From Picochlorum sp. SENEW3 (Eukaryota): DNA of 64,000 bases. The stretch is taken from assembly GCA_034226945.1 (NCBI GenBank), contig CP120459.1, forward strand, positions 992,001 through 1,056,000, given 5' to 3'. The translations under genes were made by a program, and so were the position numbers. Numbering within the stretch: position 1 is the first letter of the stretch; each line of letters opens with the position of its first letter. Below are positions 44,872-57,037 of the stretch, one piece after another. The notes under the pieces were generated by a model that ran no database searches, was not told where the DNA came from, and was given only the letters and a program-made list of their open reading frames with translations.

Positions 44872-46276
44872 ATGTCTGGATTGGCAACGTTGGTCAGTCT
44901 TTGTCCGAAGAGCTCATCGTTGCGAATTCGTCGCAGAAGGGCACGCTTCTGAATTTATGATTGTCTGTGTTAGGAGGATTGCTAATTATATATATTATGC
45001 ATGCAGAGACGGATTGCGTACACGTCTGCGGGGGCGATTGCTGGGACATTTGCAGTATATAGGAATGACTTGAAGCAGTTGGAATTCGATGCCGTTAGTT
45101 CGTTGGGCCCCCTGCTTCGTCTCCTGGATGCAGAGAAGGCTCATGGTGTTGGTATATGGGCGGCATCAAAGGGTTTGTTTCCAAGGGAGACTCGGGAGGA
45201 TCCCCTGTCACTGTCCGTGTCTGTGTGGGGGAAGAAGTTTTCCAACCCTATTGGCTTGGCAGCTGGTTTCGATAAAGATGGGGAGGCTGTGACGGGACTT
45301 TTGGATATGGGTTTTGGTTTCGTGGAGATTGGGTCCGTCACGCCGTTGCCGCAGCCGGGGAATCCAAAGCCTAGGTGTTTTCGGTTGAAAGAGTTTGGGT
45401 AGGTGTGCATGCATGAGGTGATTCGGTGTTGGATGTGTGGGTACAACGTTCGTCACGTGAATATGCAGTGCTGTGATTAATAGGTACGGTTTCAATAGTT
45501 CTGGAGTGGAGAAAGTGAAGGAGAATTTAGTACGAGCTCGATCTCGAATGACAGGATCTGGGCTGCTCGGGGTTAATTTGGGGAAGAACAAGCTCAGTGA
45601 CGATGCTGTAGGGGATTATTCAGTCGGTGTGCGGGAATTAGGTCCATTAGCTGATTATATAGTGATTAATATATCGTCTCCGAACACGCCTGGACTGAGG
45701 GCCTTGCAGAGTAGAAGAGAGCTAGAGACCTTGGTTGCTGCTGTGTTGAAGGAGAGGAATGCAATCATGAAAGGAAAGGATGGGGCGCTTCCCCTTTTGG
45801 TGAAAATTGCCCCGGATTTGGTTGAAGAGGATTTGGAAGATATCGCAAAGGTGGCACTCAAGTTGGGGGTTGATGGCTTGATTGTCTCCAACACAACAAT
45901 TGAGCGACCAGGTCCCATCCAGCATCATGTGCATGGACAAGAGACTGGGGGCTTGAGTGGGAAGCCTTTGTTTACCATGTCAACAGCAGTTTTGTATGAA
46001 ATGTACAAGTTGACGCGTGGCAAAATTCCTCTCGTTGGAGTCGGAGGAGTCTCCTCAGGAAGAGATGCATACCTCAAAATTCGTGCGGGAGCATCTCTTG
46101 TAGAATTGTATACGGCTCTGTCGTACCAAGGGCCTTCCGTCGTGCCTCATATAAAAAAGGAACTCGCAGAGTGCCTTAGGGCGGATGGATTTGGCTCGAT
46201 ACAGGAGGCGATCGGTGCGGACCATGCCACTGTTTCAATAGAAGAGAAGAAAAAGAAGAAAAATTTGTTCTGGTAA
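44872..46276 (+). CDS. DHODH: Class 2 (quinone) dihydroorotate dehydrogenase, 3 exons
   Basis: [59 protein letters not shown]; introns 44893-45006 and 45399-45468. Confidence 0.97.
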
Positions 46277-46283
46277 GATGAAT

Positions 46284-47457
46284 TCATTGCTCATCACGCT
46301 CCAATGGTTTAAAACCTTCAAATACGTCATCTTGGCTCCAAAATTCTCCTTCAGAAAGCTTTGAATCCTTGACAAAATTTCTCCAAGCAGCTTCCATTTC
46401 AGGTGTCATTGCCAAGCTATCTTCTCGATCTTCTGGCTGACTCTCGCCAATTTGGCGCACAGCGTTGAACACAGCGGCGTCTACACCTTCTTGGTCACCT
46501 GAACCTAGCATCTGCGTGAACCTTTGCCTTTGAGACTCTCTCTTCCTCCTGGATATTCCATCTTGCCGACGTAATTCCTCAAGCTCTTGTTCCTTTTTCA
46601 ACTTGCGCACATGCTACAGGCAAAACCAAAACGTGTCCTGAGATGCACATGCCAAAGTGACCAGCAATATCAAATGCATACCTGTACTCTGAGAAGCCCT
46701 AGAATGACCATGGCGCCGACGGACGCGAGAATCGTATTGAACAGAATCGGCTGTCTCTCCCCTGCTCGGACACCAATAGCAGTCAATAACAGCATCAAAC
46801 AATACTCGAAGAACACATCAACGTACGATACTGTACAATTGTAGTCTGTGCACGATTAGCTTTCACGAAAGTTTCCTCCCGTACACCTACTGCATATTCG
46901 TGCAATTTTGATTTGTAGCGTTGAACCTCTTTTTCCAGGGCAACTGACACTGATTCTTTCCCACCCATCTCCACCAACGGCCCTTCATTCCTTCCAACAG
47001 TTTCATTGGGTTGCTTCCCTTTCATTTGTCCAGGCATTTTTTTCATAGCATCGCCGATGGCACGGGAACGTGTTCGCATATACGAGAAAGCAACCTTCAT
47101 AGAGGACTGTCTGAATTCCTGCAACTGGGACAGGTGCTTCAACACGCCCTCCCGCAGAGCAGCACGGTTGCCCTGTGCGTCTGTGGGAGACGCTGTCTCT
47201 TGGATCGTGTCTCTCTCACCCACCTCGGGACGAGTCCTGCCATCCTCGACATCCTCCGACTGTTCGTGCAACTGCCCTGCCAAAGGAGCCTCAACAGAAC
47301 CATGGATTCCCTCCTCCTCCCCCTGAATAACCACGCCTGACTCGAAAAACGATTCTAATCTGTATAGATCATCACTCTTAACCGCTCGTGGCCTATGCAA
47401 GGGCATTGCTCTTGCAACCGCAACAATTGGCGTGAGCGTAACCAACTGAAAGGCCAT
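46284..47457 (-). CDS. Unknown single-pass membrane protein, probably plastid, 3 exons
   Basis: 220-aa and 108-aa ORFs bridged by a short hydrophobic exon (PILFNTILASVGAMVILGLLRVQ, about 46682-46763) with GT-AG boundaries. Confidence 0.6.
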
Positions 47458-47834
47458 CGTATTACACTGACTGATTCCTCACTCACGTGACACCGATGCA
47501 CCCATAAATAGAAATTTGTATCTAGAGATGGCCTTGTATTGATCAATCATCTATGCATCCCCACAAAATCCAAGAACTGATGAGAACAACGAATTACTTT
47601 GGACTCACTGGAAAACGACGCCCCTCTGTCTTGTATGTTCCAGCAGACATGTGGGCCTGTGTGGGTATAAATTCATGTATACAGATGAGCAGATAACGGA
47701 GCATAAGGGCGGGTTTGAACTGGTATAGGTGACTCAGGTTGACTGGACGAGTCAAGCAGTTGGCAAGACACAGGACTTCAACCTTGCCTATGCGATTGGG
47801 CGGTCCATTACCTTACTACAATATACTATAGAAG

Positions 47835-49613
47835 ATGCAGTTTCATGGTGAATGGGTGGAGAGCATTGAGCAAGGGAGAGAAGAAGCTAGTGCTGCTTGG
47901 GCAGTTCCTGGTTCTCGCATCTGTATCGGCAGATACAGGTGTACTGTGCGATATGTGGGTTCTATTGAAGGTCAAAAAGGTCTTTGGGTGGGGATAGAAT
48001 GGGACGACGTGTCCAGAGGCAAACATGATGGGACCCATGAGGGGAAGAGATATTTCTCATGTCGGAGGCAGGGTGATGCGTGTGCCACGTTTGTGAGGTA
48101 CGCAAAGTTACGGGAGCACGACGTTGCTTTCGGAAAGTCTCTCGAAAAGGCTATCAGTGAGCGATACAAGACCGTGGAGCCATCTGTGAGGGAGGTTGTT
48201 GGCGCTGAGGAAGCTGCATTGACAGCTCAGTGTGACGGTTCATTGACCCAAGCTGGGTTGAGTGGGATGATGATTTCGGGGCTGGTGCGTGATATATCCA
48301 TGAGTTTTCAGTTGAAACAGGTGTGAGTTGATGAGTATGTCTTCTTTCAGGCAGTGACACCACTTGTTAAGAGCTTTATGAGAAATGTCAGGAGTCTAGA
48401 CTTGTCTGATAATCTCATCTCGTCCTGGCGCGATGTAATCACCCTCGTATCTTCGCTTCAAAACCTAAAAGTGCTGGATCTAAGTAAGAATATGTTCGAT
48501 TTTACCGAGATCGAGGGAGGTCCGTGCAACAACTTGGAGACACTTGTTCTCAACAACTGTGTGATTGAGAACTGCAAGGCATTGGAATACATTGATGCCG
48601 TGTTCCCCAAACTGAAGGAGCTTTACGTGTACAATAACAATGTATTCTCTGGTGTATTCTCTGGTGTACCCAGTGACGTACCCGGGAGGACATGGACGTT
48701 TAGTGAACTGAACCTTGTTGACATTGGAGGCAACACCATAAAGTCTTGGTCAACCATTGCACAATCTTTTGGGCATCTGCCAAATCTACGATCTCTTCTA
48801 GTGGAGAATAATAAAATTCAATCTATTGATATGCAGTCCATGATGGACAAGGGACAATTCCCAAGCCTGGAGCATTTGAATGTCGGAGGCAATTGCATTT
48901 CTAATTGGGAATCCATTCAACAGCTATCTTGTTTGCGTTCGCTCACAGAACTGCGTTTTTCACGCAATCCATTATGCGGAGATGATACATTAAGAGATAG
49001 AATTCAGGTGATTGGCAGAATCAAAAGCCTGAAATGGGTCAATGGGAGTGATATATCCCATGCGGAGAGGAGAGACAGTGAACTTGCATTTCTGAGAAGG
49101 CTAGATAGTTTCGTACCTACCAAGGCAAATCTTGACTCTCTTTTAGAAATTCGTATACAATATTTAGAGAACCAGTACCATGTCGAACGCAATTCGTCCG
49201 GCCGAGTAGGGGGACCCACATCACTTGGATCTGGGATGATCCACATCAGACTATCATGTGGTTCCAAGTTGGTTGAGAAACGAGTTCCCCGTTCACTCAC
49301 GGTGAACAAACTCAAGATGGTTGTGCAAAAGCTGACAGGGGTGAAAGCACAAGATCAGGTCCTAATCCTATGCCGAGAATCCGACAGTTCACCTGCATCT
49401 GCAGAGGTTATTAGTTCAGAGGGTACTCGTGAACTTTCCTTCTTCTCTGCTGTGAATGGAGGTGATTGGCACATTCGAGTTGAAAAGGGGGATACGCAGT
49501 CTCAATTGACCTTGATATCTGAACAAGAGGCGAGAATGCAGACCCAAGAAGAGGATATGAGGGCCATCAGAGCAGAAGAGGAGAGACTCATGAAAACTCG
49601 GCATGACGCCTGA
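47835..49613 (+). CDS. TBCE: Tubulin-folding cofactor E; intron about 48286-48350
   Basis: CAP-Gly WVGIEWDD..GKHDG..YF, leucine-rich repeats (LDLSDN, LDLSKN, LVLNNC), ERRDSELAF, C-terminal ubiquitin-like domain. Confidence 0.95.
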
Positions 49614-49677
49614 TCGCTCCATGTGCTGGTATCAACGCACAATGCAATATATTTAATTGAATTTAATTTAATCAGAT

Positions 49678-51129
49678 ATGTATACGGTGTCAGGATCCTG
49701 TCTGTCTGCACCAGGGTTCACGAGAGCTAATCCTCCAATACGGAAATTCGCCTCAATAATGGCCAAAGCTTCCCCAACATTGGATGATTTTGGAAATGAA
49801 AAGTCTAATTCTTTCAATATATCCATTCTGGGGGACCTTCACTTGCCTAATGCGCCAGGGGAGTTGGACCATTTCCACCAAGCTCGCGAGCAGCTCTTAG
49901 CTGCTGCTGCTCCAGATTGTGATGAGGCCCGTGTGGTGCAACTTGGTGATCTGGGAAGCTATGAGAAAGGATGGCCTGGATCCAATAAATGCTTCGATCT
50001 TGCCAAGCAATATCTTGACTCTTTTGGCAACCCAGTTGGCCTGATTCTTGGCAACCATGATTTAGAAGGCGATGAGTTCGAGACAGATGCGGACAATTTG
50101 GATGCTTGGAAGGCAAAGTTTGCACAGAATCACTATTGGTCATCCAAGATTGGGAAGGTGACATTTGTAGGCCTGTCGACGGTGAGATTTAGGTCAAATG
50201 TCCACTCTGTTCATGAAGTGCACATTGATGATGAGCAGATTCAATTTCTAGAGGACACACTTAAAGAGGCACAGGGAGAGCCAGTGGTGATGTTTAGCCA
50301 TGCGCCAATACTTGGATCAGGTTTGAAAGCTGTCCAAGCGGTTCACGTGAAAAATAGATGTGCTTGGCTGAATCACAGCAGCAACGCGGACTATTTCATT
50401 TCTCTTGTCAGGAGGTATCCAAACATAAAGTTGTGGTTCTCGGGCCATTTCCACCTGTCCCAGAGTTATCCTGACAGTATATCTATCGTCGGAGGATCAG
50501 CGTTTGTCTTGACTGGAGTTATTGGAGATCGTTTCTCTCGTGATGGCCATCGTCATTCTCGCGTCCTCCGCGGTAATCTTGATGGTTTTGAGTTATTGAC
50601 AATGGATCACGACACGGGAGAAACTCGACTTGATTTGAAAGGCTCTTGGGACGCGATGGATGTTCCAGAGTATTTGACTCCAGAGGAGGAACTCTTGTGT
50701 GATCCATCAGCAGGATGGCTCTGCAGTAAAGTAGACTGCAGCATTCCATCACCTGGTGAAAGCTCTGATACTGGCACCCAGTGGTTCAACTCTGGGCCAA
50801 CATCAATGCTTTCATTGCAAGACGGCATACTAGTAGAGTATGATGCAATATGTATGGCACCTATTGGGGCCGTTTTCCTTGAAGTGCCAGACAACTGTTT
50901 CATACGATTGGTAGATGAATCTGGAGCACCAGTTGACACTGTCAATACCGATGGGTCGGCCTCTGTCAGAGTCGAGATGGTAGATTCTGATGCCAATCAG
51001 GTTCTTGAGTACGTAGAAAGAAATTCTGAGGGAAAATTCTATCAGATTTTCCAGCCAAATAAATGGGTGACCTTGCAAAAAAAAAAAAAAAAGGAGGCAG
51101 CTGCAAAAGCTGAAATGGCCACCGCATGA
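49678..51129 (+). CDS. Calcineurin-like metallophosphoesterase, probably plastid-targeted
   Basis: GDLH, QLGD, GNHD, SHAP, SGHFH motifs. Confidence 0.9.
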   Translation: MYTVSGSCLSAPGFTRANPPIRKFASIMAKASPTLDDFGNEKSNSFNISILGDLHLPNAPGELDHFHQAREQLLAAAAPDCDEARVVQLGDLGSYEKGWPGSNKCFDLAKQYLDSFGNPVGLILGNHDLEGDEFETDADNLDAWKAKFAQNHYWSSKIGKVTFVGLSTVRFRSNVHSVHEVHIDDEQIQFLEDTLKEAQGEPVVMFSHAPILGSGLKAVQAVHVKNRCAWLNHSSNADYFISLVRRYPNIKLWFSGHFHLSQSYPDSISIVGGSAFVLTGVIGDRFSRDGHRHSRVLRGNLDGFELLTMDHDTGETRLDLKGSWDAMDVPEYLTPEEELLCDPSAGWLCSKVDCSIPSPGESSDTGTQWFNSGPTSMLSLQDGILVEYDAICMAPIGAVFLEVPDNCFIRLVDESGAPVDTVNTDGSASVRVEMVDSDANQVLEYVERNSEGKFYQIFQPNKWVTLQKKKKKEAAAKAEMATA

Positions 51130-51165
51130 TACACCGATGGTTATTTGTTACATGAGAGAATGCAG

Positions 51166-51651
51166 TCATCCTGCCAGAGGATTCGCGTGAATTGTCACCG
51201 AATTCAATTGGATGTCTTCGAGAGGCCTATCCCCTTGTCCAGTGGGCACTCGCTCCATCCGGTCTAATGTATCCAAGCCATCAATCACATGACCAAACAC
51301 TGTATACTGGCCGTTCAAGTGGCTATGAGCCTTGTAGGTTATAAAAAATTGAGAACCATTCGTATTCGGCCCTGAATTGGCCATTGAAACTATACCTCGC
51401 TTTGAATGCTTCAAGGAAGACACAATCTCGTCTTCAAACTTGCCACTCTCATACACACTCTTGCCTCCCTTGCCTGTTCCAGTGGGATCACCACCCTGAA
51501 TCATAAATCCTTTGATGTTTCTATGGAAAATGGTCCCGTCGTAATAATTCGAGGCACAGAGAGCCAGGAAATTGTTCGCTGTCTTGGGCACTTGTTCGCA
51601 AAAGACTTCAATCTTTACATCCCCAAGGCTAGTATGCAGCGTTACAGACAT
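51166..51651 (-). CDS. PPIL3: Cyclophilin-type PPIase, PPIL3/CYP18-1-like
   Basis: MSVTLHTSLGDVKIE, FHRNIKGFMIQGGDPTGTG, MANSGPNTNGSQFFITY, IHANPLA. Confidence 0.96.
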   Translation of the reverse strand: MSVTLHTSLGDVKIEVFCEQVPKTANNFLALCASNYYDGTIFHRNIKGFMIQGGDPTGTGKGGKSVYESGKFEDEIVSSLKHSKRGIVSMANSGPNTNGSQFFITYKAHSHLNGQYTVFGHVIDGLDTLDRMERVPTGQGDRPLEDIQLNSVTIHANPLAG

Positions 51652-51823
51652 GATAACATTATCAAATCTATAATCGAAGTTATCATTTCAACGAGCAATG
51701 AGGTCGCATCGTTCGGTACACATCTGGGGACTCTTTAAAAAAGAAAAAGAAACGTTGTCCGCGGCTTGCAAGCCTATTGACAATCCGTGATCATCTCATT
51801 AATGTGCATTGGCGAGCCACTAC

Positions 51824-51851
51824 CTTTGAATACAAATCTTTGAATACAAAT
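51824..51851. repeat. Exact 14-nt tandem duplication in a divergent promoter
   Basis: CTTTGAATACAAAT x2. Confidence 0.9.
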
Positions 51852-51965
51852 TACAGTATTTAATCCTGATAGGTGGCAGATCTAGACACATTCTCCGACT
51901 GCGGAATAGAGTCGCCGATCTTTCGTTTTGGTATCGTCTGTGGTGACACGTGGCTATAGATCAAC

Positions 51966-53373
51966 ATGCACGGTGCTCTCCGAAGACTGGCAGTGGAATG
52001 CTCCAAGAAAAGGGGCGTCAAGAAGGCATACGACAGCATCCTGACGAGGGGCTATGCTGGACAGGATTTGGCTCCAGCTCAGACTGCGCTGCAACAAGAG
52101 GTAGGGTTTTCTCGTGCACAAGTGGTATTCCCTGCTCGACATCAAGTGTTGTCTATGATACATGCAGTTTATTGATCGAGAGGAACGATATGGGGCACAT
52201 AACTACGCCCCCCTCCCTGTTGTGTTGAATAAGGGAGAGAGGATTTACATGTGGGATGTGGATGGCAAGAGGTACTTTGACTTCTTGTCGGGATACTCTG
52301 CTGTGAATCAAGGGCACTGCCACCCAAAGATTATTAAGGCGATGGCAGAGCAGGCTTCGAAGTTGACGCTGACCTCGAGGGCATTTTTCAATGACGCACT
52401 CGGGGAATTTGAGGAGTACATTACAAATCTCCTTGGCTACGACAAGGTTCTAGCGATGAACACAGGGGTCGAAGGTGGGGAGACTGCAATAAAGCTGGCG
52501 CGAAGGTGGGGTTACGACGTCAAAGGGGTTCCGAAGAATGAGGCAAAGATTCTGTTTGCGACAAACAACTTTTGGGGAAGAACCACCTCTGCCATTTCGT
52601 CATCTACTGATCCTGAATCCTACTCAGGATTCGGCCCATTCATGCCTGGATTCGAAATTATTCCATATAATGATGTCTCAGCTTTGACAGCGAAACTTGA
52701 GGCGGATCCCAACATTGTTGCATACATGGTGGAGCCAATTCAGGGGGAAGCAGGAGTGGTTGTACCTGAGGATGGGTACTTGAAGCAGTGTAAAGAGGTG
52801 CTCACAAAGCATAACGCGCTTTTGATCGCTGACGAGGTTCAAACAGGCCTAGGAAGAACAGGCAAGATGCTCTGCTCTGAATGGGATGACACCAAGCCTG
52901 ATATCTTGGTGCTGGGTAAAGCACTAAGTGGCGGTGCCATGCCAGTCTCAGCAGTGCTCTGTAGAGACGAAATCATGTTGACAATTGGCAGGGGACAGCA
53001 TGGATCTACATTTGGGGGCAATCCTGTGGCTGCCAAGGTTGGCCAAGCGGCCCTCCAGGTCCTCGTGGATGAAAAATTGCCCGAAAATGCTGCTGCCCTG
53101 GGTCCAAAGTTTAGGGATGCCTTGTCATCCATTGACAGCCCACTGATCCAGACAGTAAGGGGTCGAGGCTTGCTCAATGCCATTGTCGTAGATGATTCCA
53201 AGGGAGTGACAGCAGGACAGTTGTGCACAGAATTGATGAAAAGGGGCGTGCTGTGCAAACCAACCCACCAAAACATTATCCGTCTGGCACCACCCTTGGT
53301 GATCACTGAAGCAGAGTTGGCAGAAGCAACAGCCATCATTCAAAGCACCGTTTTGGACATGACTCCGCAGTAG
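51966..53373 (+). CDS. OAT: Ornithine aminotransferase, mitochondrial; exons 51966-52100 and 52168-53373
   Basis: [66 protein letters not shown]. Confidence 0.98.
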
Positions 53374-53644
53374 CACTCTCGAAGTATTTCTCATAGCCGA
53401 TGTTGACTTTCTTGAGTGGGCTGCTCTGTCGAAAATATTTTCTTCAAAAGGGTTTTGGTTGGTTTTTTTTTGTAGCGACATACATAAAGATGACATTTCC
53501 CACCCAATACACTCTTCGACCGAGCTTGATGCCTCGTTCCCATCGGTTGTTGTTACGCGAGTTTCATTCACGAAACCACAACAATTCGAGCTCCTATTCC
53601 ACTATAAAAACGATTCGTTGTGCTCGATCGATCAAACCATAATA

Positions 53645-54735
53645 ATGACGGCCGTTATCCAACCAGCTGTGGCTTTTGTAACAGATTTGCTCAAAACGAG
53701 CGCAAAGCTTTCTCACGTCGGCGATGTACCAGGTTTGCTGACAAAGGTCCCATACCCGGTGTTGCTCACCGGACATTGCCTTGCAGTTTCTGGATTATCA
53801 AAGGACTCATCATCCGGGCGACTGTTGAGCTTTGTTGTGGTGCGTTGGATGTCGTACTTGGTGTCGGAGAATTCGCTCGATTGCCTCTTATTGCTCGAGA
53901 ATACAGAGGGTGCAATGAAGATATTATGTTAATTATTGGCACATTATGACCGCAGGGTTTCATGCTGGCCTTTGGTGGCAACTTGCTCTCTTGTTTCTTC
54001 TTGGGAACCCAGGGGTCCAGCATCCTCTTCTCAAGCAACCAGGCCTTGTTGATTTGGACCGCCAGTTGGTGGTTGGTGAATCACAATCCAATTCCTGTGA
54101 TTGACGATTTGTTCGACCTTCAGATTGTGGGTGTTCTCGCGAGGGTAGGTGTTACGATTGCGTGATGTCTTGTTCCAACCAGGTTGAGGCTGATGGTCTT
54201 GTTTTTGCTGCTGCAGTCCTGTCTTCACATTCTCCGTTCTTTGGGAATCGCAAGCCAGGTCAATGCTGCCGCCGGGGCGTACCCCGGCGTTATTGCTCCG
54301 GCTATTGTTGCTGGGACGCTTGCAGGATGTGGAGGTAAAATGTTGGCTGAAACTGTAAAGTCAATCAGTGGATTGAAGTCCAAGTTTGAGCTTGCTCATC
54401 CAGAATTCCTGCTCAGAAGCTCAGTTGTGAATTCTTGCCTGGTATACCTGCTGGTTCATGTGCTCAAAGCATTCACCGTTCTCGAAGGCACTGGGCTTTT
54501 GATCGTCATTGCAATGCTATACACGCTGACTGATGATCTGGCTGCTCGCGCAGTCGATGTGTCCGAGCATGTCACCAATGTGGTCACCCTGGTGACCCTG
54601 ATTGCACCGGCAAGTAGTATGGCCCCTGCAACGCGCGGAAGAAAGCCTTCGACAAGCTCTGCTGCCGCAACTTCCACCCCAAGAGCACGCTCTGCGAGCG
54701 CAAAAAGAACAAGAGCCAGGACACCACGAAGATGA
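53645..54735 (+). CDS. TRIC (TMEM38)-like membrane channel, 3 exons
   Basis: Duplicated glycine motifs LAFGGNLL and GTLAGCGGKML in multi-TM protein; WWLVNHNP; introns 53840-53955 and 54144-54216. Confidence 0.75.
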
Positions 54736-54969
54736 TGAAATGGATCAGGTTTATCGTCCATTGTGCAACTCTTGCCATTATTCAATCTCACCCCAAATAT
54801 ACGTGGTCTACTACGGTACACGTGTGCCGAGGGTGAGTCAATCATGGCATGAAAGGATGATGCAAATTTTCAAAAAGACTGAAGAACTGTTGACGATGAC
54901 CAAACCGTGGACTGATTATGACACCGACGATGACCTTTTACATTTTTGTGTAAAATCACAATGATTCAT

Positions 54970-55299
54970 TCATTTCCTCCAGCGACCGGATTTTGCATCT
55001 CTCTCCTGCATCTTTTCCGCCGCATCTATTCCAGGTTTGAGAAGAAACGGAATTGCTAACACGCCGGCTGAAACCCCAATGGCAGCAATGATGATGGCCA
55101 CAGGTGGTGCCTCCACAGTCCCTGGGGCTGCATCAGCCAAAAACAAGGCCATTTCTGGCAATGAATGAGATCTTGTGTCGCTGCAATTCCTCTTCCAGTG
55201 GCTTTTCGTTCTTCCCATTGCTTGGTACGTTGCAAGAGGACCCTTCACCTGCATTCCGAAACGGGAACCTGAGGGACTAGCCCGTGTTGTGGCCATCAT
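54970..55299 (-). CDS. Small single-TM plastid (thylakoid-like) protein of unknown function
   Basis: Transit peptide, then PGTVEAP, one hydrophobic helix, LLKPGIDAAEKMQERD. Confidence 0.65.
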   Translation of the reverse strand: MMATTRASPSGSRFGMQVKGPLATYQAMGRTKSHWKRNCSDTRSHSLPEMALFLADAAPGTVEAPPVAIIIAAIGVSAGVLAIPFLLKPGIDAAEKMQERDAKSGRWRK

Positions 55300-55578
55300 G
55301 TTACTTTTTTGGTACGTAATATGTAATAATAATACAAATCGCAACCTAATATTGATAATGAACTTGTCATCGACGTGGCCTTTGATGACGACAACAGGAT
55401 TCAGGATACTGCGAAATTCAGGCAGTGGTACTGTGAAACAGTAGAATGAAATTCCTTCCCAAGCCTGCGAGTCCTCCGGATGGATATCGTATTGAATTCA
55501 TTGAGTGATCTTTTTCTGTCATGATAGAGACATGGAGGAAGATCTTATCCCGGAATTTGGAACTCGCGTTTGAAGGCC

Positions 55579-56844
55579 ATGGCTCCACCCGCTCACCTGG
55601 AGGTTGAGAACCAACCAAAGAGCATGTACATGTCACAGGTGAAAAATAATGTAGCATTCTGGTTACTTGGTCTGTTAAACAATGCGTCCTACGTTATTAT
55701 GATTGCTGGAGCGGTGAAGATCAGTGCCAGTGCTGTTGGTTTAGTCTACCTGTGTGCAGTCTTGCCAGGGATCATCTGCAAAGCGAGTGCACCGTATTGG
55801 TTCCATAAGGTGTCGTATTCGCGGAGGATGGTTCTTGCCGCCTTTCTTATGGTCATGGCGTTTCTCTTCGTGGGGCTTGGGGAGACAAGGGGGGTCCAAC
55901 TGATTGGTGTGGTATGTGCTGCATTGCAAAGTAGCATAGGCGAAGCAAGCTGTCTTGCTTTGACATCACATTTCCATAGTCAGACATCTATTACAATGTG
56001 GAGTTCGGGAACGGGATTTGCGGGCGTCTTTGGGTATGCTTGGGTTGCCTTTCTGCATGTCATTGGTGGGCTCTCATTTCGATTTACCCTTCTATCAGCA
56101 TTGGTGCTTCCTTTGATATGGGCGTATGTTTTCTTTCAGCTTTTAGAATCCCCGGATGGGCGGACACATATGATTGAGGAACTTTTCACCGGGAATTCTA
56201 TTCTTGTAATGGATGCCCTGGGAGCAGAAGAATCAGAGCCCTTGGCCAGAACGAACGACACAGAGAGGAATTCAAGAAAGCTGTCCGCTGTTGCTCGAAT
56301 GACATTCAAGGAGAAATTTATGTTTGTTCTTGGATTGTGGTCGTATACGGTGCCTTTGTTCTTGGTATATTTTGCAGAATATGCAATGCAGTCAGGTGTT
56401 TGGACCTCAATAGGTTTTCCGGTCGACGATGAGGAGGCACGGCATAGATTCTATGTGTACGCAAACTGGATGTATCAAGGTGGTGTTTTTGTATCAAGGA
56501 GCTCTGGAACAGTGTGGCAAGCGGAGCTATCCATGCTTTGGGCTATGCCAGGCATGCAGGTGGTATTGTTGTTGTTCTTTGGTTGTGTCGCAGTCTATCA
56601 CGTATTGTATAATTGGGGCTTGTTATTACCTTGCTTTTGCACTGGATTGTTGGGTGGAGCAGTGTATGTGAATGCTTTCACATTGATATCAAGAGATGTC
56701 CCTGTTGAGTATAAAGAGTTCAGCCTTGCTGCAGCAAGTGTCTCTGACAGCATAGGTGTGGCTGCTGCGGATGTAGCCGGAATATTACTGCAAGGTTGTC
56801 TCTTCAAGATTAATGGGCTGCAAGGTGCTGATTTTAAGTGCTAA
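55579..56844 (+). CDS. CLN3: CLN3/battenin (Btn1) vacuolar membrane protein
   Basis: AFWLLGLLNN..YVIMIAGA, WSSGTGFAG, PLFLVYFAEY, YQGGVFVSRSS, GLLGGAVYVNAF. Confidence 0.95.
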   Translation: MAPPAHLEVENQPKSMYMSQVKNNVAFWLLGLLNNASYVIMIAGAVKISASAVGLVYLCAVLPGIICKASAPYWFHKVSYSRRMVLAAFLMVMAFLFVGLGETRGVQLIGVVCAALQSSIGEASCLALTSHFHSQTSITMWSSGTGFAGVFGYAWVAFLHVIGGLSFRFTLLSALVLPLIWAYVFFQLLESPDGRTHMIEELFTGNSILVMDALGAEESEPLARTNDTERNSRKLSAVARMTFKEKFMFVLGLWSYTVPLFLVYFAEYAMQSGVWTSIGFPVDDEEARHRFYVYANWMYQGGVFVSRSSGTVWQAELSMLWAMPGMQVVLLLFFGCVAVYHVLYNWGLLLPCFCTGLLGGAVYVNAFTLISRDVPVEYKEFSLAAASVSDSIGVAAADVAGILLQGCLFKINGLQGADFKC

Positions 56845-57037
56845 TTTATCTTTGTGCACAAAGCTGCTGACCAGCTATGCCATTGAAATTGTCACTCGCC
56901 TCTGAATGCTCTCTCATGCATTGGTATGAGCCCAGGAGCTTGTCATGCCAATTTGTACCGCCTCTTTATTTATTTATCTATTTATATATGTTAGGACCTG
57001 ATCGTATGCATATCACTACATTGACTCTGGCCAAGAC

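Noticed and set aside
48641..48668. 12-nt in-frame duplication (VFSG VFSG) in TBCE
   Set aside because: Simple slippage in an LRR loop; no sign of function.
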